Assembly: GCF_009914755.1 (NCBI RefSeq)
Contig: NC_060940.1
Length of the DNA stretch: 64,000 bases
Direction: 5' to 3' (one strand)
Source: the human T2T-CHM13v2.0 reference genome, Homo sapiens
Shown in pieces: positions 57,599 through 64,000 of this stretch (the stretch's first letter is position 1; each line of letters opens with the position of its first letter). Both the position numbers and the translations under genes were made by a program. A model generated the notes under the pieces. That model was not told the origin of the DNA and did no database searches. It was given only the letters and a program-made list of their open reading frames with translations.

Positions 57599-57789
57599 CG
57601 GGTTTTCTGTTTTTTTGTTGTTGTTGTTGAGCAATGCATTGTTTTGGGGCAGTGTTGTCACATTGATGAGACACCCCTCACCCCCCATGGCTGTGGAGCA
57701 CAGGTGTTGCTCAGCACCTGGTGTGTTCTTGGTCTTCTATAGATGATTGTCAGATGACTGAAGAACATGCCCTGTCTCACTGCATTATT

Positions 57790-58570
57790 TCCTGTGGTTG
57801 CAAATGATAGAAAATTCTTTAGATTGATTTAAGAAAAAAAAAGATGAAGAAAATTAATTTATTTATTGACTCAAGTATCTAAGAAATCATCTTGGAGTTG
57901 AGCTGGATTCAGGGGGCCTGCCTTCTCCCAAATCTGTCTCCATCTGTCATCCCTCAGCACCGCTTCTCTGTGGTTGGGTGTCTTTCCGGGTGGGGGGTCT
58001 CTACATGATGGGGTGGAAAATGGCCCCAAGTAGCTCCAGGTTTCCAGGATGATGAGAGATCCTACTTCTAGGACGGGGTCGGCACACTCCCTCCTTATGG
58101 GTCGTATTATAGGGTTTGTGAGCCATGCAATCTCCATCGCAGTGACTCAGCTCTGCCACTGGAGCAGAAACTCAGCCACAGACCATATGGGAGCAAATGG
58201 GTGTGGCTGCGTTCCAAGAACACTGTGCTTACAGAAACAGTTTGGAGGCCAAATTTGACCCCCAGGCCGTTGTTTGCTGACCTCAGCTTCTGGAGGAGAC
58301 AAGGCCTCTTTTCTGGTGGCTCTGGTAGAACTTGTGCGAAGGGACCCTGTGGTCCAGGGCTGAGACTGGGGTGAGGTTAGTGACACACTCACTTTGGCCA
58401 CAAAATTGAAGGCGGTACCAAAAAACTTATCAATCAAGATAAATACTATTTTTATGTAATATTAAAAAAAATGAAAGTTGCATATGCCATGGTTCCGGCC
58501 AGTTAATTGCCTGCCCTGGGTTAGCTGTCCACCCCTGCAGTAGGGGGAGGTTAGGATAGTGCTGAAGGAT
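57790..58570 (-). mobile_element. Old MLT1 LTR (J/K-like) with nested MER58A (58073-58285) and a hAT-Tip100-like MITE (~58355-58500)
   Basis: ggttgcaaatgatagaaaatt...aaaatggccccaagtagctccagg; MER58 ggggtcggca...actcagctctgccactggagcagaaa...gggtgtggctgcgttccaagaa...tttgctgacctc. Confidence 0.7.
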
Positions 58571-58631
58571 CCCAGTGGAATGTGTTTCCCATAGGAAAGA
58601 GGGGTGCTCTTACTAGAAGAAAGGGAAAGGG

Positions 58632-58949
58632 ACCAGGCTCGGTGGCTTACGCCTGTAATCCCAGTGCTTTGGGAGGCCGATGCTGGATGATCATTTGATT
58701 CTAGGAGTTCAAGACCAGCTTGAGTAACATAGTAAGACCCTCGCCTCTACAGAAAAAAAAAAATTAGCCGTGTATGGTGGTGTACACCTGTAGTCCCAGC
58801 TACTCATGAGCCTGAAATGGGAAGATCGCTTGAGCCCAGGAGTTCAAGACTGCAGTGAACTATGATCGTGCCACTGTGCTCTAGCCTGGGTGACAGAGTG
58901 AGACCTTGTCCCCACCCCACCCCTCAAAAACAAAACAAAACAAAAAAAA
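58632..58949 (+). mobile_element. AluJ
   Basis: aacatagtaagaccctcgcctctac; gatcgcttgagcccaggagttcaagactgcagtg. Confidence 0.9.
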
Positions 58950-59054
58950 ACCCAAACAAGGAAAAGGAATGCTGTTTGGTGCACGTGTAGTAGTGATATT
59001 AATAGTTGGTTTTCATTGAGCACCAATTATATGCCAGGTATGTTAATAACTATG

Positions 59055-59250
59055 GCTAACATTTATTCACTGCATTTATTGGATACACTTTACATGTATT
59101 CCTTTTTCTCATTTTTCCCTCATAGCAATCCATACACATAGGTACTGTTCTCCCCACTGTACAGATGAAGAAAGTAGAGGACAAAATAAGTTTCCCAAGG
59201 TCACACAGTGCCTGAACTAGAATTTGGGACAAGGTTTTTGTCTTCCTTGT
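59055..59250 (-). mobile_element. MIR
   Basis: ccccactgtacagatgaagaaagtagagg...tttcccaaggtcacacag. Confidence 0.8.
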
Positions 59251-60159
59251 GGTCCCCAAGGTATGAATTCTTGGGCATCGGTGATAGTTAAGGCTTGATA
59301 GAAACTTTCCCAAAAGCCTGGTGCTGTTAGTCATCCTCTGTTAATAGGTGTCCCGGGGCAGCTGTTCTCAACACCCCTTCCTGGCACTTGTTCTTGTTGG
59401 CATTCGGCTTTCAGGTGTTTGGAGAACCAGAAGCCCTTGCCTGCTTTTTGACTTAACCCCATGTTTCAAAGCAGATCAATGTATATCCCTAAATTAAATT
59501 ATGGACACCGCAGGCGCTAATTGGCAGGTGAGCTGCACTTTAAATAGACCACATTAATTCTGGCAGTGGAAGCGGAACCCTGCTGGGATAATTCTTATCA
59601 TCAGCAGCATCACCCTGACAAGCTTTAAAAGGATTCTGTAGCAGTAAGCAATTTTGCAGAATTGAAAGGTGAAAACACACTTTAAAGCGTTCATGTAGAT
59701 TCAAGGTCGGAGGGAGGTGACTGCATTTTTCAAGACAGGCTGCAAGTGAGAGTCACTTGACTGGAAATGTGATGGACGTACCGACAATGGTCTGGGGTAT
59801 TTTGAAATACGTTGTTGGCCAGCTGGCCCAGGGCGTTGTTGTCGCCAGATTCCCCGTCCTGGTTTCTGAGTGAGGTGGAGAGTGGAAGGAAGGCTGTTTT
59901 GTACAGTTGTGTGGATTAGACTGATCGGATGAGCTTGGGAAGTGGATTAGTTTGACATTTAGGGATCGAGACAGAAGACAGTCTTGAGGGACCTGCCCTC
60001 TTGCTGGTTTTTGTTATTCCTGGGAAGTTTATTCTAAATGATCCCAGTGATTGGCTTGATCCACAAATACTTATGCACGCTCATACGGATGTATACATTT
60101 AGATGCTGCTAACACAAAAAGGAACCCACGCGAATGCCCTCTGCTGTGAAGGGAATTAA

Positions 60160-60920
60160 TTATTAAGCAAATGCTGATTGGTCATCATGGACTGGGCACT
60201 GTGCTCGGTGCTTTCCTTCCCTTTCTAGTTACCCTAGTAACCCTGGGCGATTCTGCACTTTTGTGTTGATTTTATGGGAGAGGATTTTCAGGCTTAGCAT
60301 GGTTGAGTGACTTGCTCAAGGTCATTTGGTTGAATGGACTTTTTCTCTGTTGTCCTGCCTGCTAGACTGGAAGCCCCTTAGGGACGAGTTCTTGTTGTCT
60401 CTAGCTGGTGACACATAGCCTAGCTCGGTTCACAGCTCCCAGGAAGAATGCAGTGGATCCTAGTGAAGTTGAATTGAAACATTAGAGTGAACTTAACTAG
60501 CCTGCCATGCAGTTTCTGGAGATGGGTGTACTTGCCTCCTTCTGGAAGGCAGGTTCAAAGCCTTTGTCATGTTTCAGAGGGGACTGTGAGCCTGTTTAGC
60601 TCCTAGATTGGAAGCCAGGTCCGACTGCAAAGACTCAGCTTCCCCCACTTGGAATATTAAACAGTTGTGAACGTGATCATTTTGAAGAAGGCCAAGTCCC
60701 CTCATTTTGCAGGGCAGTGTGATTTAGTGGTTTGCAGTGAGCTCTGGGGTCCCTTTCTGCCATACTGTTTACTAATTGTGTTGCTGGGTGAGTCGCTTCA
60801 CTTGTCCTGGCTTCAGACCTTGTCTTTCACATGGAGATGGCCTTGGTTGTGATGATGTCAGATGTAAAGTGTTTACTGCAATGGCTGGTGCAAAGTTAAT
60901 GCTCAGTAAATAGTAGTTGC
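60160..60920. mobile_element. MIR(-) 60160-60330, L2 end 60350-60480, MIR(+) 60720-60920
   Basis: gagtgacttgctcaaggtca; ctagactggaagccccttagggacgag; ctgggtgagtcgcttcacttgtcctggcttcag...gctcagtaaatagtagttgct. Confidence 0.6.
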
Positions 60921-61038
60921 TGTTGCTGCTGTTATTATTATTGCCAGCATGAAAAACTGTTAAAGAGCCAATGTTAAGTGAAGAAAATTGATCACAAAAT
61001 TATGTATACACTAGCATTACAACTATGAAAATATCTGG

Positions 61039-61325
61039 GGTTGGGCATGGTGGCTCCCGACTGTAATCCTAGCATTTTGGGAATCTCAGGCAAGAGGATC
61101 GCTTGAAGCCAGGAGTTTGGTACTAGCCTGCACAACATAGCAGAATCTCATCTCTACAAATAAATAAAAATTAAAAAATTAGCTGGGCATGGGGGTGCGT
61201 GCCTGTGTCTCAGCTACATGGGAGGCCGAGACAGGAGGATCACTTGAGCCCAGGACGTTGAGGCTGCAGTGAGCTCCAGCCTGGGTGACAGAGGGAGAGG
61301 CCCTGTCTCAAAAATAAATAAATAA
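61039..61325 (+). mobile_element. AluJ
   Basis: gaggatcgcttgaagccaggag; ggatcacttgagcccagg. Confidence 0.9.
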
Positions 61326-61776
61326 TAATTAACTTAAAATGTATATAAAAAATTTTAAAAATCTGTGTACATGTGGATAAAAAGTGGTGGGATGTGAGGA
61401 GATACAAGTAGTTGTAGGAATGACTGTCTTATGGATAAAAACAAACTTTCTTAGGTTTCCCATAACGCCTTAAATCTGTTCCTATCCTCAGACTGAGTAA
61501 TTTGACATGTGGAAATCTTTCCTAAGGAACTAGGAATGAGGACAATTATTTATGTATAGGGGTGTTCTTTACTGTACAGAGGGAAAGTTGGCCATGTGCC
61601 ATGCCCTTAGCAGTATGGAAATAGTTGTTTTACTGGAAAGCCATCAAAAATCATCTTTGAAAGACTTTTAATTGTAATAGGAAAATGTTCATGCTCTAGA
61701 CAAGAAAATAAATGAATCAGGATCCAAATTACACATACAAATATGTATGCGTATACACTCATACAATATGATGTGG

Positions 61777-62822
<1,046 letters not shown>

Positions 62823-62910
62823 CAAATGTTGATTTTATTATAAAAAAGAAAAGTGCAGTAAAAAAGACTGAAAATTCTTGAAAATGTCAATATTGGTCTT
62901 TTCTGGATGA

Positions 62911-63700
<790 letters not shown>

Positions 63701-63834
63701 TTATCTCCTACCTTTTCCATGCTAAGGGGATACTCTGTTACAATCTCCAACATCGCCTAGAGGCTTTGTGTGTTCCTCTCCCAGTGCTGAGTGCCCCAGG
63801 CCGAGTGCCAGGCACCTGTGCCCTCTCTCCGTAG

Positions 63835-64000
63835 AGCCCGTGTTCTGGTACTACGTGAAGGAGGTCCTCAACAAGCACGAGCTGCAAGCGCTTCTACTCC
63901 CTGCGCCACATCGCCTCAGACGTGGGCCGGGGCCGCACCTGGCTGCGCTGTGCCCTCAACGAACACTCCCTGGAGCGCTACCTGCACATGCTCCTGGCCG
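63835..64000 (+). pseudogene. SNX29: SNX29 (RUNDC2A)-like internal RUN-domain exon with +1 frameshift; runs off the window end (SNX29P1/P2-type copy)
   Basis: ctctctccgtag|ag ccc gtg ttc tgg tac tac gtg aag gag gtc ctc aac aag cac gag ctg = EPVFWYYVKEVLNKHEL. An extra A at 63886/7 (ctgcaagcgc) shifts the frame, after which RFYSLRHIASDVGRGRTWLRCALNEHSLERYLHMLLA continues in another frame. The GRGRxWLRxALNE motif is typical of RUN domains. Confidence 0.9.

Overview
Primate (very likely human) genomic DNA with no complete protein-coding gene. The informative content is a mosaic of two unrelated genes in the same (+) orientation. (i) Five consecutive, intron-separated internal exons of BANP/SMAR1 (20389-39314), covering the BEN DNA-binding domain and the Q-rich region. 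They contain no stop or frameshift but carry about 12 amino-acid changes against the human BANP sequence as I recall it, a lost alternative acceptor and a GT>CT mutated last donor. (ii) About 24.5 kb downstream, an internal RUN-domain exon of SNX29 (63835 to the window end) with a +1 frameshift. This fits an unprocessed, segmentally duplicated BANP/SNX29 pseudogene mosaic of the kind found in the chromosome 16p low-copy repeats (SNX29P1/P2-type locus; placement is inferred, not shown). The rest is intronic or intergenic: many Alu, L1, L2, MIR, MLT1, ERV1 LTR and DNA-transposon remnants, about a dozen minisatellites, a tailless 5S rRNA retrocopy and a ~125-bp-arm inverted duplication near the probable duplicon junction. 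Almost all ORFs in the supplied track are spurious (repeat-derived or due to high GC). Repeat subfamily names and parent-protein comparisons come from recall and should be confirmed with RepeatMasker/BLAT.
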